A DNA stretch of 64,000 nucleotides from Amoebophrya sp. A120 (taxonomy: Eukaryota; Protista; Dinoflagellata). The notes under the pieces are model-generated. The model was given only the letters and a program-made list of their open reading frames with translations, was not told the origin of the DNA and did no database searches. How positions within the stretch are numbered: position 1 is the first letter of the stretch; the number at the start of each line of letters is the position of its first letter. Location: positions 7,249,612 to 7,313,611 of the forward strand of contig CAJINV010000003.1 of assembly GCA_905178155.1 (NCBI GenBank), given 5' to 3'. Shown here one piece after another: positions 11,901-23,900 of the stretch. A program made the translations under genes and the position numbers.

Positions 11901-14900
11901 CGGGTCCGTGCACTTTGAGGCGTCGGTGAGCGCGGACACATCGGGCAACACTGTGGCGCGGCCGGCCGGGCCGGTCACTGACTTGCCTGTCAATGTGCCG
12001 TCAAGATCGGACAACCAGAACTGGAACATGCCCGGACTATGCAGGGAAAGCGACTGACTCAGAGGTACTGACTGCTGCGAGCCCTCAGAAAAAGCACACC
12101 GCAATAATATACCAGAGAGCAATCAACTCCCTGCGCTCTGGCACTGGGGTAATGACATACAGTTACAGATACAGATTTTTAGCGCATGAGCAGAAAAAAA
12201 ATCATCTGCCGGTGCGGGTACGGCTACGGCCTGCAAAACAAATAAAAAGTATCTCGATAGGATTGGTAGTTTTCATCTAGGGCAGCAGTCACTCTGTACG
12301 ACCACTCGCTTTCTTTCCATATGGACACCCTGGGTAGTCACACGAGGTGTCGGAGGACCCCTTACCGCGAAAGTAGCTCAAGTAGAACCGACCGTCAGAG
12401 GAGGGGTTCATTTCGGGAGCGTTCGAGAGGCGCCGGCGGGGGCTTTGCACCAGCGATTCGCCGTCGGACGCTTGCAATTGGACAACTTCCCCTGCTTGTT
12501 CTGTACTGGATGAGGTAGAGGTAGAAGACACCAGCGCTCCTGATTCGAGCGCACTTCTCGGCGCGGTAGCCAAGGACCAGGCTCCCAAACGAGACGGCTC
12601 TTCACTCGGGCCCAGCAAGGAGGAAAATTTTGCGATCTTCTTCGAAGATCGCCTTTTCTCCAGCAACTGCCGCCAGGGGCTGGACAACCTGCGTTGATCA
12701 GCGTCCATCATCAAGCGCTTCTGCAGTGCACACGAACCGCCACTAGAAGTAGATGAAGAACCGCAAGAAGTCGACAACACTTGCTCTTGGTCGCTCGTAG
12801 CGAGTAACAAGCCACGGCCCCCTTCAGCGCCGTGGTCATTGACATCATCGTACGCTACCAGCGTCTTGGGGAAGAAGTGCTCGTCGAGTTTGTGCCAAAT
12901 GTTCTTCGGATTGCTGTAATCGAGCAGCTTCACGTGTTCCGCTTCGTGCTCCTGGTTCCATCGGCCGTCCGCAGCAATACCAGATAAGCGGCGCATGCTG
13001 GCGCGATTGTGGCCCACCCAGGTGACGCCGCGAAAGTCGATGTTTGGGTTGAAGTCGCGGGCGGTTGGGTTGTACGTAATCGCGACTGAGTTGCGACCGC
13101 ACCGCCCGACGGGTGCGCCGAGGTACATTTCGTCCTTGTGGTGGAAGTACCCGATGCGAATCGTGTCCACGAGGAACTTGCCGTAGCGGCTTCCGCGGAT
13201 CCCGTACCGGTTTTCCCACGGCATCGCGCAGGTACGGTCCGGGATCAGGGCCTTGGGCGCAAAACACTGAGAATCGGGGATGTTCGGGCCGTCCTCGCAG
13301 GTGAAGCCGCGGTTCGTCACCGTGGGCGCCATGAACCCGATGTGCCGGAACGCCTTTCCGACGACGGACGGAGCCGTAGTTTGGTACAAGTCCGACGCGC
13401 GCGCAGAGCGCCCGTCCAGGGAGTCGGTGCAGGTGGAGATGTCCGTGGTGCCGAGGATGTCCGAGTATTCCAGAGTGAATTCAAGCGAGGTCTCGCGCTC
13501 CTGCCGGTGGAAGTGACCGTGGATGCCGATGTGGTTGTCGGACACAGTTACCTTCCGGAGCTTCAGCGAGCTCGGCTGGTCCGCCCACGTGATCCCCAAA
13601 TGGGCGTTCTTCCAGGCCGTCAGGTATTCAGCAGTAACGCACTCGTAGCCCGTGCCCGCGCAAGCCGCCGGACCGCCGCCGGCTTTGCTGCAGCCACGGC
13701 GGATGTGAAACCCGACCAAATTCCCGTAGGCGTGGTTGCGGGACGACTGCCGGTCCGGTAGATGCGCACCGTACACGTTGCGCTGCGCTTGGTTGTCGCA
13801 CGCCGGCGGCCGGAAGATGAAGCCGTGGTCCCAGGAACCCGCGGCGATGTTGCGCTGCAGACTAGAGACGCTGCCGTCGTAGTGCGAGTCGTAGGTTTGG
13901 AACATGGCCCGCGGCCAGTACACGCTGTCGATGGTGCGCAGTCGCTCGTCGATGTGGCGCCACATGGTGGAGCCAAGATTGTCCTCGATCTGGATGTCCC
14001 GGCCACGGAACACGTGCACCGCCGGGCCGTGCAACCGCGAAAAAAAGTTGTTGCGCACGGCCACGTTTGCCGGCCCCGCGATACGCAAGGCCTCGAAACC
14101 AGACACGAAGAAGGAGCACTGGTCCACGGAGGAGGCGCGGAAGTCGCGACCGGTCCCGGAGAAGAAGTACAGGGAGGGAATCTGGTAATACATTTTCCCC
14201 GTCTGCCGGAGGTACACGCTCGACAAGGCTGCTGTCCCCACGATCGAGCCGTCCTCGCTATCGACCACCGTAATGCCCGCCCCGTGGTTGAAGTTGTGAT
14301 CGAAGCCGTGGGGGAACTGCTGCGGGCTGAGACTGGCAGTCTCGGCCGAGCCGAACCGCACATTGCGGTCGAGCAGCGCGACGTGCGCCTTGAACCAAAT
14401 GTCGGCGTTCCCAGCTAGAATTTTGCCGGAAAAGTGCCGGCTCTGCGCCTGACCCTGAATACCAATCTTCACTGCTTTCCCGAACTCGAACTCGCTCCCG
14501 GTGACCAGTTCCGGCGCACTGGTGATGCGGAAAACTTCGGCTTGCGTCTTGATCTCGGCTGCTGAGTAGGGGTACTCGGTTGGAGTCACCTCGATTTCCA
14601 TGCCGACTTTCCACTCTGTCAAAGCAGCCTCGCAATCCACGAACACGAAGCGGTCGGTGGGGTGCGCAGTCTTTGCCAATCCGGTGAACGGACACACCAG
14701 CGGCTTGCCGTGCATCTGGAGCTCGCCCAAGACCCCGATCAACTTGTTGTTCATGTCGATGCCGTTCCGCATTGTGATCCCGGGCCACCCTTCCCCGTGT
14801 TCGCCGTAAATCTGCCGGCACTCGGCATTGGAGTTGGGACAGCTCTCTGGTCCGTGCAGCAGCACCTCCGCGTTCCCGAGGTACGGATAGCCTTTGCTGC

Positions 14901-17900
14901 CGACGAACATTTGGCCGTGCAGCTGCACCGCGTGCGCGCGCAGCGTTTGCGTGCTGGTGTGGTTCGCGCAGTCCGTCCACCCCGTGGCGCACATGTCTTT
15001 CACCCCGGTGATGAACTGGTTCTGTTTTTCCGTGGTGTTGTAGAACACCTCGTACTCTCGGCACGTCAGCATGCTGGGCTGGTCGTTCTTCCGACACGGC
15101 TTCTCCAACGGGCAGTGCGACGTGCCCGTGCCCGGGTCCGTGCAGAACTCGTTCTGCAGCAGTGGCGGCATAAAGGTGAGCTTCCCCAGAACCGTCAGCC
15201 GCCGGATCGCGGCAGTCTCCGTCGTCAGAATCACCGATTTGAACTCGTCGATCGTGACCACCTCATTCGGCTCGGGCACCTTGCCACTGGGCCAGGTGTC
15301 CGGGTTCTCCCAGAGCTGCGCCGTCGCGGACGTCTGCGCCGGCGCCACGGGGCAGCCCTCGACGGGGCACTGGAATGCGATGGGGTTCACCGTGCTCCAC
15401 CCCGTCTTGAGGCTGTGTACCACCGCGAGGCTCCCGCTCGCACCCATGTCGGCCAACTCCTGCTGGTAGCGGAAATCGGTCGTCGTGTAGCTGAAGGTCA
15501 GATTGGTCGGCACCGTGATGGTGCCGGCGTCCAGGTCGTCGCGGCCGAGCGCCTGCACGGTCTGGAACACACCGCTGCCCGAAGACGTCTCTTGCGTGAA
15601 GGTGAGGAAGTTACTCAGGTACCGCTGGATCAGCCGGTCGGGGTTGTCGCGGTCGCGCCAGTCGCGCGTCAGCATTCCAAACCGGTCCATGGACTGCTGC
15701 ACCTCGTACAGGTCCAGCGGATGCGTCACCAGGTGTGTGTCCGATTTTGTGACCCGCAGTTCCGGCACGTCCGTTTCGTTGGTCCAGCCAGTCGTTGCAG
15801 TGCCGTCCGTGCGAAACTGCCCGCCCGGGTGCTGCACGACCACCTTTTTGTACGTTTGGTAGCTGTGGTGCGCGGTGCTGAGCTGACACACGCCCTCCGC
15901 GAACCGCGCACAGCACCCGTTTCCGGTCGCGCGGAACGTCATGAACATACAGTTCGTCTCGAGCAGACACAGTGCCTTGCACTGCGCCAGAGAGGTGCGC
16001 TGCCCCGCGGTGTTCTGGTCGTCGCAGTCCGCGTAGTACCCCGTGCGCGACTTACGAAACCCGGCCGTGTCGCAATACCCGGTTCCGTGCAGCAGCATGT
16101 CCTTCTGACCCGTGCTGTTGCTGAAGCTACCCAGCTGCACAAACATCGCGTGCGCGCCGTGGCCGTGGTACGGCGTGGGAAACTCGTTGAGCTTTTGGCT
16201 CGGCTCGAACTCCGTGTGTACCCGGTACAGGGCGTGGGCCCCGTCCCAAGTCGAGGCCAACTTGCCGACCTGGAAGGTCTTGCGGAAGTTCGGTCGGAAG
16301 TAGGGATACATGGTGCCGCACCACTCCTCGTCCTGCCGCTGCCACCCGTGCCCGATCCACGTGGACCATTTCATGAAGTCCATCGGCGTGGGGTGCGGGT
16401 CGAACGAGTACCAGAAGGGCAGCTCCGCATAGCGGGCGTATGGCGTGTGCCCTATCGTCGACGGGTACATCGGCATCTGGCCGGTAGTCACGCTGTCGTC
16501 CATCACCATCGCCGGCGGGGCTACGTGTTGTTTGTTCCATTTGGCCAGCACCATAGGCCAGCACCACCCGTTGTGGCCGTTCGGCGAGCACGCCATCGAC
16601 CGGTAGGGGATATCGTCGTGCCCCGCCGCGGAGCTGACGCGCAGCTCGTGGTTGTCGAAGTTGGGGAGCGCGTACCCGGTGAAGTCCATGATCCCAGCGT
16701 ACCGTACGTGCACGTGCTCACGGTTGCAGTGCATCTCCTTCGAGTTTGGCGCGTTATCGATGAAGCGGCACAGGGGCCCGGTCGCTGCGCGGTCGTAGGC
16801 ATCTGCGTTGGGGGGCGGCACGACGCCTTGCGGGGTGTGGAGCGCGAGCGAATTCCGGGTCCACTGGTTGAAGCCGAACTGGCCCGTCATGTAGCCACCG
16901 TGGGTCGTGAACCCGGTGACGGAGCCGTCCAAATCGTGCCAGATTGCGTACCGGCTGTAGGATTCCGTCCACAGCAGCCCCCCGGTCGCGTTCACCAGGG
17001 TGACGGCACTCATGCGGTGCGTGGGCACCAGGTAACCAAAGGCGGGGCAGTTGAAGCCGCCGGCGAACGGCGGCTGGTCGCCGTAATTGACGATGGTGAT
17101 GTTGTGCATCCAGTACCCGTCCTGCCCGTTGAAGTAGAACCCCAGACCCGGGTTGCGCCGGTTGGGCTCCTCCATGTCCCCGACCATGAGCCAGTTTTGG
17201 AACATCGGCCGCGCCGGGTTGTCGTCCGGGTCCGTAAACTTCGTGACGTAGCCAACGCCCGAAGGCTCGATCACGTTGAAGTCCCAGTAGTGGCAGGGGT
17301 TGCAGAGCTTCACAAACAGCGTCGCCCCGCAGTGCACCGCGGTGAACTTGTTGACGTACAAGTCCAGGTTCGGAGCCCACGCCGGGAAGAACTGGATGGC
17401 CATGCCGCAGCCCACAGCGGAGTTGTTGACCATGTGGTTGTACTGGATGCTCTCCCCCGCGAACTCGCCTTTCGGGTTGAAGCGGTACCCGAACGCCGAG
17501 GCGTAGCCGACGTTGCTGTCCCAGATAACGCTCCCATGCACTGCCCAGTAGGCCGCCGGGGTGGTATCGTCCGCGAGGCCGAGCACCATCGGCAGCGCCT
17601 TGATGAACACGTTGTTGCGCCACACGGTCTCCTTTTCGTCCCCGTTCTCGATCTGCATGTTGTGAGCCTTGATCAGGTACCCCACGTTGCCCTCCGCGAC
17701 GGTAAACTTCGTGGAGTGCGCCACCACGCCGCGCATGAAGGAGTGGTGGATCGCGCAGTTGTGAACGTACGACTTGTACACGTCGACCTGCCGGCCCGGG
17801 GACATCTTGTGAAAGTGCGTGCAGTAGCGACCCATCTGGCCTCCCTGGCCGCAGTTCCGGACCTCCACGTCCTTCAGCCGGTATTCGCCACCGTAGAACG

Positions 17901-20900
17901 CACCGGTGTGCACGCCCCAGTCGGCGAGGTGCGAGTCCTGCGAGCCCTGGATCACGATGTTGCGCGACAACGTGCAGATGTGGGGCCGCAGATCCGGGAT
18001 TGTGTTGCGGTCGTCCGCAAAATACCGGTACTGGATGGCCTCGTGGTAGTTTGCCAGCGGCTTTGCGAGGAACAGCACCGCCACCTCCTCATACTCCGGA
18101 GGCTTCATTTCTGTGACCACCGCAGCTCCGGTGCTGGCACGCATTCCCTCGCCGAAGGGCCCCACGGATTGGTCTCCGCTCACGACCGTCGGCACGCCGT
18201 CAATCACCAGCATCCCGTTGGCGCGGTCGTACAGGGTGAGGTTTGCGGAAACGAGCGTGGCCTCCTCGACAGGGTGGGCGAGGACGAGGTCGTAGCCCGG
18301 CTCCCAGTTCGGCAGGGCGTCCACGATCACAAAGTCCTCGCCCGGGTTGGCAGACTCCGCGAGGCGCACACAGTTCCTGGTCCGCCGCCCGTGGATGTCC
18401 AGTTTCCCGACCTTGCGTGCGATCGAGCTGTCGCCACCCAAATTGCCCTGGTTCGTCACGACCACCATCTTCTGCCCGATGTACGGCAGCTCCACGGTTT
18501 TGTATTTGTCGCCGTGGAGGGTGAGGACAACGCGGTTCTCGTAGGGAATCAGGTCGGTCCCGATTTCCAGCGTGCCACCGTGGACCCAGAACCACGTGGA
18601 ATCGTAGGTGAGCCGCGGTTTCGTGTTATCGAACACCATCACGCCCGCCACGTAGGTGAGTCCCAGCTGGGGCACGGACTGGTCCACCATGATGGCCTGC
18701 CCCTCGGGGACCCACGCGGAGTCGCCCCTCCGCGGCAGCTCCTCGTTCAGCCAATTGGCCGGGTCGCTCCACTTGTCCAGATAGCGGTAGAAGATGCGCA
18801 GCCGGTCCGTGCGAATCGCGAATCCCTTGCCCGGGATGCGAACCGAAAAGCTCGAAGGCTTGATTCCGTCGGACCGGGGGGCAGTGCGACACTGCATCGA
18901 GTCGTCAGTTCGGTTGGCCCAGTTGGTCACTTCCATGCAATCGTAACCGTTGAACGCGACCTCTGCAAATCGGGGCCGGAACAGGTACGACTCGGTAACG
19001 CTGGTGTTGCTGGTCAGGTTCTGCACGCGATCGGAGATATTCTGCGCGTCGCGTTCCTGCATGACGATTTCCATGAAGTCGTCCAAGTCTTCTGCTCGCA
19101 CCGCAGGTGCAACCAGCGGTCCGAATGCGGCCGAGTTCACACCTGCGCTTCCGGTCGCAAAAACATCACCGAGATTTTGCCCGGAAAGAGTCACAAGGGT
19201 GTTTCCACGGGCAGTGCCGTTTCGCGGATCGACGTCGGATATGAATGGCGTCAGGTGGTGCATTGCCTTGTAGTACAGCAGGTCCTGACTGTTGTGTCTG
19301 CGGAGCGTCTCGCTGGTGCGGAGGAAACGCACTGCAGAGGCGAGAATTGGACCTGGCCCTTTGGAACCCACCGCCGTATCATTGGAGGTGCTGTTGTCGT
19401 CCGCAGGAGCGGTGGACGAGGCAGCGCTAGCCCCCGCAGGAGAAGTTGCGTTCACGTCAATTTCAATGTGGTGCACGACTGCCGATGTCGAGACGTCGGA
19501 GTTGGACGTGTGCACGTACGAAGTCAGGTCGAGATAGTACACTCCGCGAGTGGCCATCGACAGTCCGGACGCGAGCAGCGTTGACTGAACGGAACCCGCA
19601 GTGCCAACAAGTTCGACACTGTGCAGCTCTTGGCGATGCAACGTGCTGTTTGACCCTGCCGCTGTTCCGTTTCCGAAATGGCTGAAAGCCGGCGTGATGT
19701 AGCCGTGCACGTGACTGTTGCCTGTACTCTTTGTTGCGTGCACGCGAATGTCAAATTGGGCTCGCTCATCGTCCACAAGGAAAAGGAACCGTCCGTAATC
19801 CCGCGGATAAACCGGCGCCATGTGATTGGGCATCATGACGAACCCGCTCGTGGTCTGCGAGAGCCGAACGGTGTGCAGCTTGCCGGGCACCGGAGAGGTG
19901 GATTCGTAGGAATCCGTTGCGACTTGTACCGCGCGGAAGGAGTCTCCCGGAATCACCGAGGTCGTCGAAGAACCCGCGCTACTAGCGTCCCCAGGAGCTC
20001 GGTTCGCGAGATTCTCGTAGTGCGCGTCTGGGTGTTTCACCTTCTCGACCACCACTGGGCAGTGGGCGCCGCTGGCGTACGCGGCGGCGGGAATCACATA
20101 TCCCGTGAACTTCACTTCGCGCAGCCGACAGCCGGCCGTACTCTGTCCGAGGTACCGGAAGACCCGCCCGATGAAGGGCGCATCTAGGTCGACGGTGTTC
20201 CAGCCGCCCTTCACGTAGCCCGAACTCGGGATGGAGTACATCGTGGTGTACCCCCCGGTTCCCGTGTCATTGGCGACCTGGAACCGCGTGTTGCGTAGCG
20301 TTGCACGGTCGTCCTGGGAGTAGGGCGGATAGAACTTCACTTGTTTCACCAAGGCCAGGTACCCCTCGGGCAGGGTGAAGCCGACGCTGCAGTCGGACCC
20401 CGGCAGGTCGGGGTAGTCGACCAGGTCGTTGTCAAAGAGTTGCATGAAGCGCCAAAAGGACGTGTCGGTCATGGCACCAGAGTGACTTCCAAAAATTCTA
20501 GCGGGCTCACTCAAGAACGGCGACACGCGAATGTCCTCGTAGAAGTACTTCCGGTCGTTTTCCGTCATCTCGGAGTTGTTGAAATACAGTTCGTTCAACA
20601 AGTGCAGATTCTGGTGCCGCGGGGTGCGCACTGTGAGTTGATCATACCGCGCGGCTCTCACCTCCGCGGGTCGTCCACAGATCGTCACGGAATTCTGGTC
20701 CGGCGACGTGCCGAAACCCCGGCCGTGGATGTGGAGGTCGACCCCTCCTCCAAGCCCGCCCTGCAGCGGATCGCACGAGGTGGCGGCGTTGGGCTGCTGG
20801 CAGGGGAGGTCCAAGGCCTGCGCCGAGGTGTTAGCGCTTCCCGCGGGGACAATGCCGGTTAACGAACTTACCCCCGATATCTCAAACAGACTCTGGAAGA

Positions 20901-23900
20901 CCGCGGGTTTTCCCTGCACCGAGGACCGTGCCAAGGTGTACCCGATGTTCGGTTGGTACACTTTCACTTCGTACAGTCCCGCCGGAACCGTGTTTGCCGC
21001 AACGGTGCATTTGATGTGCAGTGCCTCCACCGTCGCCGAGCTGTCGTCCATTGCACCCAGGCGCGCCGGATGATCCACCGGTGAGACGTCTGCTAAGTAC
21101 CGCCATTCCGAAACCTCGCAAGCAAGTGCACTGTCCCAGTCCATTCCTTTGCCGATGACCACCATGGGACTAGACGGCGGCTCCGCAACGTCACTGCGCG
21201 GCAATTGCTCCCCGGTGCCGTTTCCGCGCAGATGCGGAGGCGGGTTCTCGACAAACACGTCGATTTCGGCCCCGCCGAACCCGTGCGGGTTGGACACGTG
21301 GCTAATGTAACTAGTGCTGTCGTACGTGAAGTTCACCCGCGCGACGTCCGACAGGTAAGACGGAATTTCGTGCTCCACGTCGCCGTAGCCGATCGAATCC
21401 GGGTCGTCCAAGCGATAGGGCACGAATCCCATGTACTGCAGCGTGGCAGCCTCGGATTTGTGATTGAAGCGGCCGATCGACGTGCACAAATCGTAACTCA
21501 GAATGCACTGTCCCAGCTTGAGGTCGACCCCCAAACTGAAGGACCGACAGCCCTGCCAGAACCGGTCCACGCACTCCTGCTCGCAGTCCTCTCGTGTGAA
21601 GATCTCCATCGGCAGCAGCTCGTTGGCTTTCGCGCCCGGCGCTGCGGAGGACTGCAAACAAACCCCCTCAGACTGAACGGCAGTCGACGTAAGGTTCGTT
21701 GGCCGAATGCCGAACTGGATGTTGGGCACGTTCAACCACGAGGCGAAATCCGAATGGGAATGAATCGGCGTGTCCGCGTTCGGGGTGATACAGCGAAACT
21801 CGGTGTGGGTTGTCTTTTTCATGGGGCACTCGCCGATCGTGAGCATTTGGGGATGCTTGCACGTCGTCGAGGACGGATCGGGCGGGTCGAAAATCGTGTT
21901 GTAAACAAGAAAAACCGAGTGATAGCCGGTCTCAAAGCCGAAGCCTCGACCGGTGATCTTCACCTGCGTCCCGCCAGCGATCGATCCGCTTCGCACGTCG
22001 ATGCTGGCCATGTCAAAGGCTTGCGAAAAGCGAAGGTTCGGCGTGTGTCGTGTCCCTGTCATGTTCAAGGCGTATGTCAAGTGGTGTTTCAACGTGGAAT
22101 TAAAATTAGCCGGGAGTTGGTGGGGCTGGATGTTGCTTGCCTGCAAATTTGACGCCGTGTAGTCCGCCTCGATTTTCAAATAAGAATTTTGCATCCCAGC
22201 CGGAAACTGGCAAACGTCGGCGTTCAAAATCGAAATGTCCATCGAGCCGCAACTCGAGCCGAACCAGCCCTCGTAGCAGTTGCAACTCCCATCCATGGGG
22301 TCGCAGAACCCGTGGCTCGCGGCAGTGCAGTTCGTGTTGGCCTCGCAGTACGTGCCACAGGTCGGGCCGTAGTAATTGCGACCGCACTGCGAGCAGTCGT
22401 AGTTGCCATCCCAGTTTTTCTCACAGGAACAACTTCCGTCGGACGCACAAGCGCCGTGCCCGTTGCATGTGGTCGCGGCGTCACAGTAGGTGAAGCACTG
22501 GCCCGCCGGATAGTAGTTTGGCGCGCACTGGTCGCACTTCGCACCGCCCCAACCGGGCAGGCAGGTGCACGCTCCGGTCTGCTGATCGCACGAGCGAGAA
22601 CCTCGCTGGTGGCACTCGCACTTCTGGTCGCAGAGGTCCCCGAAGTAACCGGGCTTGCAGACGCAGTTCGTGGAACTGCACGCGATCGTGCCCCGGGCGT
22701 TGCACAGTTTCGGCAAACAGGACAGTGCGCAGATGCCGTGCGGAACAAAGCCCGCCGCGCACTCATCGCACCTCGCCCCCGTCCAGCCCGGTTTGCAACT
22801 GCAGGCCCCGGTGTAGGGATCGCATTGACCGCCCGCCAGCGTTCCAGCCGCGTGGCAGCTGCACTGCCCAGAGCAGTCGGTGCGGAAAAATCCGGGCTTG
22901 CATGTGCATTCTCCCGTTCCCTCTGACGTGCCCACACCATGCGCTGATTGCGTGTTCTGCGGGTGACAGGTAGAGTGATACTGGCACGCTGCGCCGTAGT
23001 AGCCGTTCACGCTGTTGGGATCTTTTGGTGGACAGCGGCACGCGCCTGTATTCGGATCGCAGTCGCCGTTGACGCAATTACAGTAGAACGAGCACTTCGG
23101 CAGAACGGAAGTAAGATCGCGTGCCGGAACGAGATACCGGTCTGTCCGAAAGCTGACGTCAACACCCGGACCGTCGTGCCCAGGCTTTTGCAGACCCATG
23201 AAAGTGTTCGCTTTGACCGTAATAGTGAACAGTTCCTGTCGAACATCGCCGGGGAAACTAAGAACAACGGCCTTGGCCTCGTTTGCCGTACTGTAGTTGG
23301 AATGGAACGCAACGTCCGTCACATTTCGCTGGTCAATCGGCTCGCAGGAAAGCGCAGAACCGCAACTCTGCACCTCGACAACGGCGTCCAAGCTTCCGCT
23401 TTTGCCTTCGACTTCCTCTGAAAACAGCAGAAAAACTCTGCTTCGATTCTGCACGTGATCAAACAACACTTCGTAGTCCACCACGCCCGGGCGCAAACCA
23501 CTCGCCGCGGTCTCGTTTACTTCCACGTGATAGAACCCCTGCGTGCTTAGCGCAATGTTTTGCGGACCGTTTCCGGAGGGCTGCGCAGCACGCAGCACAT
23601 TCGGCGGGATCTCAATGTGAAACGTAGCACCATCGACAAACTTATACTGCGTAATGCAATCAGGCGAAATGCCTTGCTCTTCCGGTGGAGTACTACTCGG
23701 TGGCGGCGCGGGGCTGGAACAATTGGACATGCTTGGCGCAAACACGAGATACTTCCCGTGCACGACCAGTTTGTGCACCGGAATTTCAAGCATGCCCACA
23801 CCCGATGGGGCGCTCGTGCTGGGCGGCGCACTCGACGAGGGGCCGCCCGGCGACGAAGCATTTGTGTCGTTACTGGTCTCGTTCATGGTGGAGTCCACTC

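Noticed and set aside
14662-19584. 1640-aa plus-strand ORF (and other long antisense ORFs such as 26077-27702 and 24205-25632)
   Set aside because: Codon-aligned antisense shadows of a GC3-rich gene, where TTA/CTA/TCA codons are rare. The translation is V/R/H/G-rich with no motifs.
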